Shown here piece after piece: positions 13,083 through 27,006 of a DNA stretch of 64,000 nt (its first letter is position 1; each line of letters opens with the position of its first letter). This stretch comes from Octopus vulgaris. Taxonomy: Eukaryota. Where the stretch lies: the NCBI GenBank assembly GCA_951406725.2, contig OX597836.1:8494001-8558000 (forward strand), in the 5' to 3' direction. The notes under the pieces were generated by a model. It was not told where the DNA came from, made no database searches, and saw nothing but the letters and a program-made list of their open reading frames with translations. Both the position numbers and the translations under genes were made by a program.

Positions 13083-13481
13083 TCTCTTTTACTCTTTTAC
13101 TTGTTTCAGTCATTTGACTGCGGCCATGCTGGAGCACCGCCTTTAGTCGATCAAATCGACCCCGGAACTTATTCTTTGTAAGCCCAGTACTTATTCTATC
13201 GGTCTCTTTTGCCGAACCGCTAAGTGGCGGGGACGTAGACACACCAGCATCGGTTGTCAAGCAATGCTAGGGGGACAAACACAGACAAACAAACACACAC
13301 ACATATATATATATACATATATACGACAGGCTTCTTTCAGTTTCCGTCTACCAAATCCACTCACAAGGCATTGGTCGGCCCGGGGCTATAGCAGAAGACA
13401 CTTGCCCAAGATGCCACGCAGTGGGACTGAACCCGCAACCATGTGGTTTGTAAGCAAGCTACTTACCACACAGCCACTCCT
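13083..13481 (-). mobile_element. SINE family A, full length
   Basis: Reverse complement of family A. Confidence 0.88.
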
Positions 13482-14179
13482 GGAGTCGTTTTTTTTTTAA
13501 ACAGAGGACAGAATAAAAGCGCAAGACCAAATTATACATGATAAACCTGCTCCTGAGCTGGCCCCACAATATTTGGGAAGAAAGAACACGAAGTTCACCG
13601 TCAATGGCAACATGACGATATGGATTATTACTCACCTGCTTGGCACAGTATAGACAGCTGGGCAGCGCAGACCTAATTTCTGAAGAAGCTAAACAGGTGA
13701 CATAACTGCTACACATGTGGGAGCAAAATCCGCTGAAAGGTTTTCCGCACAGGCGTCAAAAGCAGAAGTAACAACAAGAACACATCAAGAAGGCAGCTGG
13801 TTCTAAGGAAATATTAACGACAACCTATGATTCAGCAAATATTAACACTTCATCATCATTACCGGTTGTCAGCCATGAAACCCTGGCATCTCTTCCCCAA
13901 GGTACCATCGGCGTGGTTTCAGTTCAATCTCGTTGCGAGGCACCTTGGGCACTGGTCTCCGATTTCACCACCTAAAACTCCTCCAGGCCATGAAAATTCA
14001 AACTCAGTACCATCAGTGCCGTCTCCATGCTGAGGCACACTGGGCAGTTGCCTAGGGGCGCCACTCTTCTTAGTTTTTGGATTAAGAATATTTTACATGT
14101 AAGAATATTTTACATGTATGTATGTATGTATGTATGTATGTATGTATGTATGTATGTATGTATGTATGTGTCCAAAACA

Positions 14180-14297
14180 CATGGCCTAGTGGTTAGGCTG
14201 TTGCACTCAAGATCGCTAGATAGTTAGTTCGATCCACTGACTGGGTATCGCGTTGTGTTCTTGAGCAAAGCACTTCCTTTCACATTGCTCCAGTCCC
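14180..14297 (+). mobile_element. SINE family D-like head, diverged
   Basis: catggcctagtggttagg...gttcgatcc...gtgttcttgagcaa. Confidence 0.6.
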
Positions 14298-14354
14298 CCT
14301 TCGAACAGGGGGGATTGTTGGCTTTGTTTTTTAGTCTTCAGGGCTTATAATTTT

Positions 14355-14474
14355 TAAAGTCTGATACTTATTCTGTTGGGCACCTTTTGCCGAACCGCTA
14401 AGTTACAGAGACGGAAACCAAGCGCACCAACACCGGTTGTCAAGCGGTGGTGGGGTACAAACACAGACACAAAG

Positions 14475-14526
<52 letters not shown>

Positions 14527-14692
14527 ACACACACACACACACAGAGTTTCATTTTACTAAATCCACTCACAAGGCTTTGGTCACTTTGGGGCTTTAGAAG
14601 AATACACTTGCCCAAGGTGCCGCGTAGGGTGACTGAACACGGAACCATGCGGCTGTGAAGCAAGCTCCTTACCACGCAGCCACTCCCGCACC
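14355..14692 (-). mobile_element. SINE family A, diverged
   Basis: ccgaaccgctaagttac...aatccactcacaaggc...cagccactcc. Confidence 0.78.
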
Positions 14693-14924
14693 TATATAAG
14701 TATATATGTAAGTGTATGTATATATATATATATGTATATATAATTGTATATATGTATGTATAACCGTAAGTTTATATATGTGTGTATGTTGTATACGTCG
14801 ATCCACATGACGTATCAACACAGCTGGTGAAGAGATTAAGGTCCCCAGTTTTGTGAAGGAGTCTTTTACTCTCGATGACACCCTCTGATGGTAACTTGCA
14901 CGGAACCGCAATTAGAAAAACATT

Positions 14925-15158
14925 ATCATTAACAACAACAACAACAGCAGCAGCAGCAACAACAATATAAACATCAACAACAAATACTAAGAATAACATC
15001 AGCTACATCATCATCATCATCGTCGTCATCGTTGTCGCCGCCGCCGTCCAGCTCCTCCACTTCCTCCTCTTCCTCCTCCTCCTCATCATCATCGTCAACA
15101 TTACCATCATCGCCGTAATCGTCGTCATTGTCGTCGTCGTCGTCGTCATCATCATCAT

Positions 15159-15235
<77 letters not shown>

Positions 15236-15252
15236 CCATCACCATCATCATC

Positions 15253-15307
<55 letters not shown>

Positions 15308-15433
15308 CCACCATCATCATCATCATCAGCAGCAGCAGCAGCAGCATAAGCAGCAGCAGTAACAACCTATTGCTAGTGCTGCTGCAACTACACCAGCTCC
15401 AAACACAACGAACACAACAACACCTTTTACTAG

Positions 15434-15511
<78 letters not shown>

Positions 15512-15700
15512 AAACACACCATTAACAATAACATTAAACAGCAACAGCAACAGCAACAACAACGAAAATCAGGAAAGTAAATTTAAAAAAGATTGAATAG
15601 AATAAAAAGAAAAATAGAAGGGGGAAAGAGGAGGAGGAGGAGGAAGAAGAAGACGAAGAAGAAGAAGAAGAAGAAGAACAACAACAACAACAACAACACT
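14925..15700. repeat. compound trinucleotide array (CAA/CAG/CAT/CGT/CAC/CTA/GAA)
   Basis: Seen directly. Confidence 0.9.
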
Positions 15701-15821
15701 TACAACAAGTTAACGACAGAAGACAGATTAATTGTACACAGTATTACAAGTAAACCACTCCTTAACAAAATATAATACCCTAATATATATATATATGTAT
15801 ATATATACAACACATATATAT

Positions 15822-15871
<50 letters not shown>

Positions 15872-16378
15872 ATATTTGTATATAATTACATATGTATATA
15901 TATATATACATATATATATATATACATATATATACATATATCCGTATTTTGATATCAATGTCGAATTTTTTTTTGAGGAGAGAAAGAGATAAACAGATAG
16001 ATAGATAGAAAGATAGAGATAGATAGATAGATAGAGAGAGAGAGAGGGAAAGAGAGAGAGAGAAAGGGGGGAGGTAAGGGGGTTGTGTGTGACAGTAAGT
16101 CAGTGGTGTACGGTTATTTATTAAGGGTACCCCGCTGACAGGCTTATGTCACACCCAGGCATTCGTTATTCGCTACTAATTTGGAAGATATCAACAAAGT
16201 TGGGAGGCGACAGAATCTGATGAAGTGTTTCGAGCTTTTTTACTTTTTTTCTATGTATTTTCAGATTTTTTTTTTAATATCATATTATATATTACATATT
16301 ATATTGTATCGTATTACATTGTATATTATCACATGGCTTGATTTTGTATCGTATTGTATCCTATCATATTATTATTAC

Positions 16379-16430
<52 letters not shown>

Positions 16431-16437
16431 GTTGTTG

Positions 16438-16474
<37 letters not shown>

Positions 16475-16569
16475 CATTATTATTATTGTAATATACTATA
16501 TTATTACCCTGGGAGTGAAGATGGTGGACGGAGCCTGTTCCGAAGCCCGGAGGCTATGTATGTATATAC

Positions 16570-16666
<97 letters not shown>

Positions 16667-16699
16667 ATATATATATATATATATATGCATGGTGTATGT

Positions 16700-16980
16700 G
16701 TGTGTGTCCGTGTGTTTGTCTTTATGTCTGTGTTTGTCTCACCCTCCTCCAACCGTTCGACAACAGGCGTTGGTTTGTTTACGTCTCCGAGACTAGTGAT
16801 CGATAGAATAAGTACCAGAATTTAAAATAAACCGATTTGTTCGACTAACGAAAAAACAACAACAAAAAAACAAACAAACAAAAACAAAAACAAAAAAAAG
16901 ACAAAAAAGAAAAACAGAAAAAAACCCTCCAGGCGGTGCTCCAGCGTGGTCGCAATCCAATGACTTGAACAAGTAAAAAA
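16700..16980 (+). mobile_element. SINE family A, 3' half, diverged
   Basis: gatagaataagtac...ggcggtgctccagc...aacaagtaaaa. Confidence 0.7.
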
Positions 16981-17239
16981 AAAAATTAAAGGATAAAACC
17001 TATTTCTATTACTTTATAAAATATTATTTTATGCAGTATTATATTTTGAAATTCTGTATTATATTATTCCATTTTTGTGTTATTTTTCTTTTTATCTTTT
17101 CAAAGTATTTGAATTTTCCAGTTATGGGTCAACCAAGTACGAACGCATTTAATGACGCAGGACGAACCGATTTGATGTAGTTTTATTGAACGCCTTTAAA
17201 ATTTATGCTTTTGATTTTTTTTTCGCTGTTGAATTTTAT

Positions 17240-17321
<82 letters not shown>

Positions 17322-17826
17322 TGTTTGTCATGAAAGATGTGCTAGATTAGCAAAATAATACTTTGGGGGATATATTTTTGATACTTTAAATCCGTCGCTG
17401 CTAACCTTTTGTTATGGTAACGCCCCCCTTTTTAGTAGCTGTTATGCTTAACGCCCTCTTAAGTGTCGAATGAGATATCATGACAGAACTAACTTAACAT
17501 GGATGATAATTTATAGATTTTACTCTAAAAATGGATTGTATAAGTTTTTAACAGTGAAATGATAAAAAATTACTAAAGATAAAAGTTGTAAATTTACTTT
17601 ATACATTGCAAATTGATGACTTCCATGCGCCTGATGAGATCGCATTTTATTTTCATGACCAATACTAGTTTTATTCTGTATAATATAATTACAACTGCTG
17701 GTAAAACTTAGTATGTTAGTTATGTTACCTCACTGCTCCCTGAAGCCTAATGCTGCCCTCGAAATGCTCTGCGTCTCCTTGGGGGCGGTACCGTCCACGT
17801 TGGGAACTTCTACTTTCAATAATACT

Positions 17827-18326
17827 TGGTATGATATATCCATCACAAGGCCCGATCTTTGTTGCGGTGAGGTGGCTGTGTGCCTCAGTGACCCTGGGAG
17901 TTGTGATAGTGCAGCATTCCGTGTTGGACAGACCAAAGGACAGAGGCTAGACAAATAAGAACCACTTCGTCTCAGAGGTAAAAATGGGTTTGCCTAGGAC
18001 CGAAACCTCGAACTCCTTGCAAAATTTTTTCAGCGTTTGCTGCACTGCATTATGTGTTTTCACTGCGGAAGAAGGCTTTCCTCTCCCAGCTCTTAGTTTT
18101 GATCAGTCATCAATGCTTCGATGACTTTGCCTTTTTTCTAAGCAGAGGTTTTCGGTCCTAGCAAACCCATTTTTACCTCTGAGACGAAGTGTTTCTTATT
18201 TGTCTAGCCTCTGTCCTTTGATCTGTCCAACACGGAATGCTGCACTATCACAACTCCCAGGGTCACTGAGGCACACAGCCACCACACCGCAACAAAGATC
18301 GGGCCTTGTGATGATATATCATACCA
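17827..18326. repeat. long inverted repeat, ~183-bp arms with ~135-bp spacer
   Basis: 17827-18009 is the reverse complement of 18145-18326 with only a few mismatches or indels. Confidence 0.93.
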
Positions 18327-18506
18327 GGTTTTTGTTTTTATAAACAAAAGAATAAGTTGATTAATGTAGTTGCTGATATGCTAAAAGGTGGATTGGTCAC
18401 TGTTGGAACGCCACTGATCACAAATCTAACCGATCAGAGCTGACAAACTGCTAAAGAGTATCAACATCAACAGACTTTGAAGAGAATCAACTTGGCTTGT
18501 TATTTT

Positions 18507-18726
18507 GAGGGGAGGGACTCAAAAGTTCTTAGTTCTGGATAAAAGAAAATACAAGAGGATCAGTCAATTATGATTTTGTTCAACATATTCCCCTCCTCTC
18601 AGATTCACACACTTATTGCAGCGGTCCTTCAGTTTTTCTAAGCTCTGTAAAAGAACTCGGAAGGCTTGGCTTCCAGCCAGCCTTTCACGATGCCCTTAAA
18701 GCCAAGAACTTTTCAGCACCCCGTCG
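18507..18726. mobile_element. mariner-derived MITE, decayed
   Basis: Imperfect TIRs gagggg...aaaagttctt and aagaacttttcagcaccccgtcg resemble mariner ends. Confidence 0.5.
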
Positions 18727-19041
18727 AATATCATATGTTGCTAGAGGGGTTATTAATATACTAGCTGTTCACTTGTAAATTAAGATGCTGTTTTCTTTTC
18801 AAGTTTTGAGGACTTTGCAAAACCTCGATGCACTGCCGAGTAAACCTGTTTCCTCTGAACGCTCTATTTTCAATTTTTATGCTTACCTTATCCACCCACT
18901 TTTCAATTTTTTTGCTCATTGCACTCAGAGCAGCAACAATTATTGTTACTAAAAGCAGTGAGCAGGCAAAATAGTTGGCACGTCGGACAAAATGCCTTGT
19001 AACACTTCTTACAGCTCTTTATATTCTTCATAAATATACAT

Positions 19042-19261
<220 letters not shown>

Positions 19262-19286
19262 CATATTTATATATATATATATATTC

Positions 19287-19360
<74 letters not shown>

Positions 19361-20367
19361 TCTATATATTCAAAAGAAAAAAAACCCAAATCAGACAATC
19401 ATAAACTCTACGCCTTAGCAACGAATGACAGCTACGTTCACGGCGTCTGTGTCATCCGGAAACTATAATCCCGTAAACATTTAATTAATCTGATTTGATT
19501 TTAAAATCTTTAAAAGGTTTCGATTTTCTTTCACTCCAAACAGATGGATCATTAAAGGTGTCACAACACGTCGGCATTTCCGAATTATGAAATCAGAACT
19601 AAATCTCTTGCATTTTGATTTATTTAAAGAGTACACCTTTCATGGCGCTCTCGTATTTCTCGCTCGGTCAAACGAGACACATATTTTTCTCTGTTCACGG
19701 CACTTTGTTTCTTTGTTTTCAATGGGTTGGAAACAAAATATCGTATGTCAATGCGGTCATCATAGATTCACACCTCGCTCATGAGTTGTTATACAGGTTC
19801 ATGAAACCTAAGGGTGTTTGCTTAATGTCACAATACGCTTTACGAGCGACGAATTATAGGATTACGGAACGAATAGAATCAATTTAAGAAACGGGTTTAG
19901 TGTTTGGTCTTCTCTGATATACGCATGGTTGCCTTTGGTTTGTGCATAAGGAACTGTCTATAGCAGCGTGTAGATTACAGACATTGTACTTTGGATTGTA
20001 GATTCTGGTTTGTGGACTGTGTCCTGCCGAGAGTGGTCTGTGAATTACGAAAAGGAGTTGTGGACTGTGGTTAGTTGTTTGTGGAGTGTATACCAGATCC
20101 GAGATCCTTAAGAAATGCAAGCACTTCAAGAAGTCTCTTTTGACATCTCAAAGAAATTATATGGCCACCTGATTGGGCAGATTTACAATGCTGTAACTTT
20201 GTAAATCCTGGGGTAGATTTCTACAATTAAATCCTTTAAGGCGCTGCTCCAGCATGACCGCAGTCAAATGACTGGAACAAGTAAAAGAACAACCGTAATC
20301 CACGGAACAAGCAACTCATGCATACATACATACATACATACATACGTACGTACATATATACATACAT

Positions 20368-20420
<53 letters not shown>

Positions 20421-20526
20421 AGAAATGAGGTAATCAGAAGATCGGATGGTTCATATTTACAGATATTTATTTATATATTACATTTTTTACATATATATAT
20501 CATATCATTCAGATCATATCATTCAT

Positions 20527-20557
20527 ATCATTAGCGCTTTCTCCCATTCTAGTGGGA
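20527..20557 (-). ncRNA. 3' half of a minimal hammerhead (5'-truncated)
   Basis: Minus strand tccca-ctagaa-tggga-gaaa-gcgc-ta-atgat: stem II hairpin, GAAA and palindromic agcgct. The CUGANGA half is replaced by (TA)n. Confidence 0.45.
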
Positions 20558-20624
20558 TATATATATATAATGTACTGTTCCGTGATAGAAAGATCAAGAA
20601 GAAAGCGCTCCATCTGGTGAAAGA

Positions 20625-20820
20625 TAAATATTATAAGTGGAGAATAATTGAGAAATCCACACCTTATGTTAATGGATCAAATAAATGTAGGCTATGTTTA
20701 GTTAAAAAAAAGCTCAGATCCTTTTCAGATCTAAGATCCCTAACTCTGTGCTGAACGCTAGGTCTGAAATTTTCAGCAGTTGTAAACATTTGTATAAATA
20801 TATTTTGAAGAATTGGAAAA
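20625..20820 (+). mobile_element. Penelope-like element ORF C-terminus (end of GIY-YIG region), frameshifted
   Basis: KWRIIEKSTPYVNGSNKCRLCLV / LNARSEIFSSCKHLYKYILKNWK matches the W-I...C-x-LCL-x-EK...LN-x-R-x-E...C-[RK]-H pattern I recognise from PLE C-termini; frameshift probably in the A-run at ~20704-20711. Confidence 0.78.
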
Positions 20821-21037
20821 TTACGTCTATACCTGATTTTACGTCTTTCCAGCTTTATGATTTAAGGTCTAAGAAGGATAACTCTTTTACATTTTTAAAA
20901 ACATTTTATATTTTATATTTTACTTTTTCGTTTTCCGTATTTTTAACCTTCCGTGTTTTCTATATGCTGTCTTCTCAGCTTTTTCGCGTTTCTTCTCTTA
21001 TTCAATTTCTTTTTTAGTCAATCACGATATGTGGTTT

Positions 21038-21092
21038 GTGCCTGATGAATATGTTTAACATATTTCTCAACATGTGAAACTATTAGTAGCAC
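21038..21092 (+). ncRNA. type I hammerhead ribozyme in the PLE pseudo-LTR
   Basis: gtgc-ctgatga-atatgtt...aacatgt-gaaa-ctattag-ta-gcac. Intact core, stems I and II pair, near-palindromic stem III, GUA triplet. Confidence 0.8.
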
Positions 21093-21724
21093 TTAAACAC
21101 ACACACAACACCGACAACAAGAGAAACGATGTTGAATGAAGAATGAAAACACACGCATTTGCCCGCTTATTCGTTATTAAACCGTGGTTACAAAACTCAG
21201 ACGATATTCGTGAAAGAGAATCTATATTTATGAAACACAATCTAGATCACGTGACTGTGGTGGTATGAGATTCAATGAGCTGACAAAGGAACCTAATATA
21301 CACCCACATCTATGTATATACATTCATATATCTACATACATACATGTAGACATATACACCTATATACGTTTTATATACATGCCAATAGTTATACATTACA
21401 TATATACATGTGTTTATATATGTCTAAGTGCATATATATATGTGTGTGTATATATAAGCATATAGATATATGCATATATAATTGTATATACATATATCAT
21501 GTATATATATGTGTGTACACGTACACACACACACTCACACACAAATATATATCTATGTATGTATGTATGTATGTATGTATGTATGTATATAAAAGAGAGT
21601 ATATAAATGAGAATGGAACAAGAAATTATGTAATGATCTTCATTAGGTTACAACTGTTTCTGCTAAATATATGCAATGCACTCATAGTTAGATGTTTATG
21701 TATATATGTAATGTATACGTATTA

Positions 21725-21795
<71 letters not shown>

Positions 21796-21799
<4 letters not shown>

Positions 21800-21960
21800 A
21801 TCCAAACAAGAAAGCACAAAAAAACACAACAACGCGAGGACGTGGAACAAATATAGTATTATTGGACGCTCAGGAAAGAAGGAGGGTTTAACGTTTCGAG
21901 CGGAGCTCTTCGTCAGAAACATAGGAGAAGGAAAGATCCAGAGAAGGGAAGACAGAGGGG
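21796..21960 (-). mobile_element. hammerhead-bearing mini-element abutting (TA)n (same family as 3990-4188)
   Basis: Same 3' end cttgtttggattaact running into (TA)n. Confidence 0.75.
21886..21920 (-). ncRNA. minimal type I hammerhead ribozyme
   Basis: Minus strand gttt-ctgacga-a-gagc tcc gctc-gaaa-cg-tt-aaac. Intact core with palindromic aacgtt. Confidence 0.75.
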
Positions 21961-22261
21961 CATACATATGTATATGTAAATGTATATGAATAAGCAAAGG
22001 TTATATAAAATTAAAATCTACATATAACGAGTAACTGTATTTCTAAATTTCTAATATGCAAGAACTAAATCTGTTAACATTCAAATACTAGTTGAATACT
22101 AGGGTCGATGTAATCGACTTACCCCTCCCATGAAAATTGCTGGCCTTGTGCCAAAATCTGAATCCAGTATTCAGTGCCTTTTAATAGGGAGGACATCGAT
22201 GCAGTGTTGGAAATAAATGGCTGCGTTGAATACTTAACGTTATATTAAGTAATAACTGATA

Positions 22262-22810
22262 CAGGGTGGGAGGGGGACGACGAACATTTTTGAAAAATCT
22301 ACAAAATCTACAAAATCATTAATTTTAGCTGCAAACAAATTTTATTGACATCAAAGTGTTTATATTGAATTAGCATTTGTTAAAATTAAGCATAGGAAGC
22401 AACATCAATCATGTGGTGTCCGTTGTTATTGATGCATTTCTGAAGTCCTTCTTGGAAGTTGGTCTCCACTCTCTCCGCCATTGCTCTGTCGATCTGGGCG
22501 ACTTCCAAACGAATATCTTCTTTCAAATCGTCCAATGTAAAGGGCTTATGCGTATACATACGTGCCTTGAGGATTCCCCACAAGAAATAATCGCACATGG
22601 ACAAATTAGGGAGCCGGGGGGGGGGCAAGAAATGTCAGCAAACCTGGAAAAGAGGCGGTCACCGAAGAGAGGGCGAAGAACGTCCATTGATGCTCTGGCT
22701 GTGAGGGCCATCGCCCCATCCTGCTGAAACCACAAACGTCGAATAGGCATAGGTTTTCGTCGTAATTCAGGCACAAAGTTGTTTATCATTTCCATGTAAC
22801 AGTCGGAGTG
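22262..22810 (-). mobile_element. Tc1/mariner superfamily transposase 3' fragment, DD41D (rosa-like), frameshifted
   Basis: WFQQDGA...ISCPP / PRLPNLSMCDYFLWGILKARMY...NGHH. About 41 residues separate the QQD and MCD aspartates after correcting the G-run frameshift. Terminus ta-cagggtg at 22260. Confidence 0.82.
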
Positions 22811-22811
22811 T

Positions 22812-22965
22812 ATACCTATTTCTTTACTACCCACAAGGGGTTAAACACACAGAGGACAAACAAGGACAGACAAACGGATTAAGTCGATATAATAATCTTT
22901 AGGAAAGGCGGCGAGCTGACAGAAACGTTAGCACGCTGGGCGAAATGCTTAGCAGTATTTCGTCT
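22812..22965. mobile_element. SINE family B fragments (minus-strand tail, then plus-strand head)
   Basis: cctatttctttactacccacaagggg... and aaggcggcgagctgacagaaacgttagc. Confidence 0.7.
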
Positions 22966-23220
22966 TTATAAATTAAATAACAAACCAAACCTTTGCCTCG
23001 AAAAAGCATCAGGTTTCCCATCAATCGTTATGCAATATTCAATGTAATCAATACAGGCTTTCGAAAGAGAATCATTAGTTATGGATACTTTCGTTGAACG
23101 AGCGATGCAGTTGAAAAATAAGAGACCGTAATTGATTTTACAACATTCTTCAGGATTAATAAACCCACACAATCAGCAACGAGGGCATAACTAAAAGTAC
23201 ATTACTTTATCAGGCTTTTA

Positions 23221-23274
<54 letters not shown>

Positions 23275-23350
23275 GTAGAGATACTATTGACAATCCAAAA
23301 ACTTATTTATATTATAATATTACATGTAAGTATTACATATTACAAGTATA

Positions 23351-23512
23351 GGTCCAGGAGTGGCTGTGTGGTAAGTATCTTGCTTATCAACCACATGGTT
23401 CCGAGTTCATTCCCACTGCGTGGCACCTTGGGCAGATGTCTTCTATTATAGTCTCGGGCCGACCAAAGCCTTGTGAGTGGATTTGGTAGACAGAAACTGA
23501 AAGAAGCCTGTC

Positions 23513-23580
<68 letters not shown>

Positions 23581-23620
23581 GTGTGTATATGTTTGTGTGT
23601 CTGTGTTTGTCCCCCAACAC
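23351..23620 (+). mobile_element. SINE family A, 5' portion
   Basis: Family A head through the internal TA tract. Confidence 0.82.
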
Positions 23621-23867
23621 TGAGGAGTAGCTTACAATGAGGTAGAATCACCGCGGTGACTCAAACTCCACTAACACATCTTCTAAAGGGAAAAGGTGTT
23701 CTCCGATGACGAAAAACAACAGCGATCTGATATTCACGCTGAAATTTGTCATAATGTATGTAGAATGAATAGATACATTAATATCTATTCCTATTCTAAC
23801 AAAACAAGAAAAAAAAACAAATTTTAAGAGTTTAGGGGCCTGGCTTAACCCCAATGTGCATATGGGT

Positions 23868-24040
23868 ATTCTTTTATTCTTTTATTTGTTTCAGTCATTT
23901 GACTGCGGCCATGCTGGAGCACCGCCTTTAGTCGAGCAAATCGACTCCAGGACTTATTCTTTGTAAGCCTAGTACTTATTCTATCGATTGAACCCAGAAC
24001 CATGTAGCTAGAAAGGAAGCTTCTTACCACATAGCCAATC
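23868..24040 (-). mobile_element. SINE family A with internal deletion
   Basis: 3' end joined directly to the head. Confidence 0.75.
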
Positions 24041-24151
24041 TCCAGTGTTGCTACAGCCTTAGGACTGAAACGTATAAGAGAATAAGATTTTCAAGACGAA
24101 AAATATTAAACCTAAGTTAAACACAAAATTTTGATAGCGATATTGTGAATG

Positions 24152-24365
24152 TTGGTTTCAAATTTTGGCGCAAGGCCAGAAATTTCAGGAGAGGGAATAA
24201 GTCAATTGGATCGACCCCAGAGTTCAACTGGTACTTAATATATTGACGCTGAAAGGATAAAAGGCAAAGTCGACCTTGGCGGAATTTGAACGCAGAATGT
24301 AAAGACGGACGAAATGTCGCAAAGCATTTTGCTCGGCTTACTAACGATTGTGCCAGTTCGCCGCT
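24152..24365 (-). mobile_element. SINE family B
   Basis: aaaggcaaagtcgaccttggcggaatttgaac...tgccagttcgccgc. Confidence 0.78.
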
Positions 24366-25166
24366 TTAGAAATTGTTAATATTGAAGCCTAATACAGCTA
24401 CGTATTTTTAGTTCGGCCCTCCTTATCGTTTGCGTAATTATATTAGTCTTGAAGAATATCACTAAATCATAAAAAAAAATTCATCTCTTATTCAACGAAA
24501 GTATTAATAACACCATTTTTGTTTTTTAAAGAGTATATTGATTTGACCGGTAAACTGTTCAAAGGTAGGTATGATCTAATAGGAATACGTTTCGAAATCC
24601 TGAAAGACGATTCGTTCAACACATTATTTCAACATACCGATATTACAGCCTTGGACTGTTATTCTATTTATAGACCTTGAAAGTATGAAAGTACAGTGGG
24701 ATTCGAAATCAGAGTACAGAAAAGAAACAAATGCTGCAGGGTACTTTGTTCTATGCTTTAACAATTACGCCTATTCGCTGCTTAAAAGTTGCATGTTGCA
24801 CTAGTTTTGGCCTAGATGTATATAAATGAGTGGAAACCACGGTGTGTGTATGAGTATGTGTTTGTGACTGTGTTTGTGTTTGTGGTGTGTTAGTTCGTGT
24901 GAGTGTATGTGTGTTTGCATGTATGTTTGATTTAAAAGGTACAGGTGTGTCTGTATGTGTGTGATTATTGGCATGCACGCATGCGCTTGTGTTAATATGT
25001 ACATAAATGTGTGTGTGTATATACTCACGTGTATGTATGAGAATTTTGTGTGGGAGTGTGTGCGTGTGTGAGTGTACAAATGTTTGTGTGTGTGCACGTG
25101 TTCTTTATCTGTATGCATGTAAGTGGTTTTGAGTTAATGTGTGTATATTATATATATATATATATA

Positions 25167-25329
25167 TGACGGGGTTCTTCAGTTTCCGTCGACCAAATCC
25201 ACTCACAAAGCTCTGGTCGGCCCGAGGGTAAGGCAGAAGACACTTGCCCAAGGTGCCACGCAGTGGGAATGAACCCGGAACCATGTGACATGGGATTGGT
25301 AAGCAAGCTACTTACCACACAGCCACTCC
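25167..25329 (-). mobile_element. SINE family A, 5' half
   Basis: Reverse complement of the family A head and CORE-like segment. Confidence 0.8.
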
Positions 25330-25331
25330 AG

Positions 25332-25362
<31 letters not shown>

Positions 25363-25363
25363 T

Positions 25364-25420
<57 letters not shown>

Positions 25421-26338
25421 CATATATACATATATATACATATATATGATATTATTATTATTATCAAAAATATTTTGATTCGGCTCCATGCGACTTACAT
25501 ACTCTCACACATTATATATGAATGGCTGTATATGTGTGTGTGTACATGTGTGTGTGTGTGCTTGTGTGTGTGCGTGTGTGTGTGTGCTTGTGTGTGTGTG
25601 TGTTTTCGTGTGTTTATGACAAGTGCAGACCTCCTTCAGTTCTGGTTCAAATCCAGGTGACTCCAGTTTAATTTATTGTTCCGAGTACCCACCCAGTTCG
25701 GTGCAGTCACTGAAGCTGTTGTAGCTATCCAGTAAATCAAATCTATGAGTCGCATCATATTACACCCGGCATGTATGTACCCTGGGTGTGGTGGCTGGCG
25801 GCTACGGTGGCGGTGGCGGGGTGACGGTGGTGGCGGTGGCGGTGGTGGTGGTGGCAGTGGCAGGGAGGGGCGTGGGTCAGAAATATTTCAGCCCGACCCA
25901 CCCACCTCTCTACTCCTAACCGAACCTTCTCATCTCACCTGATTCAATGACAGATATAAAATAAAGGTAATACCGGCTTACATACATACATACATACATA
26001 CATACGTACATACATACATATATATATACACATATATATATATACACACGCACACACACATATATACATATTCACCAACACATAGACGCACATGCCTCAC
26101 ACATACATACTCACACACGTCCACACAAACATATACCCATACATATAGTCACACACACACATATATATATATATATAATATGTACATATATATATATGTG
26201 TGTATATATATATATGAATATATGTGCGTGTATATGTATATGCATGAATTTATATGTATGGATGTATATATATATATATATCTATATATATTTATCTACA
26301 CATACACACATACATACATACATACATACATACATACA

Positions 26339-26411
<73 letters not shown>

Positions 26412-26473
26412 ATAGATAGATAGATATAAGCAGTCGTAAAAACATAGATAATCACTTATGTGCGGATAAATAT

Positions 26474-26533
<60 letters not shown>

Positions 26534-26831
26534 GAACACATTTCCTATACACGCGCATACACACGCACAGAAATAGAATATATAAATGGCATTGTCATAT
26601 ATTTACTTATAGAGATATCTAGAGGGAGGGAGAGAGAGGGAGAGAGAGGGAGAGAGAGAGAATGAGAAAGAGAATGAGAGACAGAGAGAGAGAGACGGAC
26701 AGATTGTCAGACAGGCACAGAGACATGCACACACGCGCTCATATATATGTTCATATATAGAAGTACTTGTGTGTGTGTGTGTGTGTGTGTGTTTGTATGC
26801 ATGTATGTATATAGAAACATAATACACACAG

Positions 26832-26868
<37 letters not shown>

Positions 26869-26953
26869 AGAAGGAATGAGAGAAAGAAGAGGAGAAAGAG
26901 AGAGAAGGAGAGAGAGAAAAAGAGAGATAGACAAATAGATAGGTAGATAGAAA

Positions 26954-27006
<53 letters not shown>

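Noticed and set aside
12530-13990. Non-repetitive stretches flanking the SINE at 13083 as a possible gene or transposase
   Set aside because: Multiple stops and no recognisable motif in the frames I examined.
14823-14895. Possible exon (cag...AGEEIKVPSFVKESFTLDDTL...gtaac)
   Set aside because: In-frame stop before the GT, weak polypyrimidine tract and no recognisable homology.
17625-17720. Hammerhead at cctgatgag (17631)
   Set aside because: No GAAA box with a pairing stem I was found downstream.
24575-24625. Minus-strand gaaacgta as a hammerhead 3' half
   Set aside because: No CUGANGA box or stem I; expected by chance.
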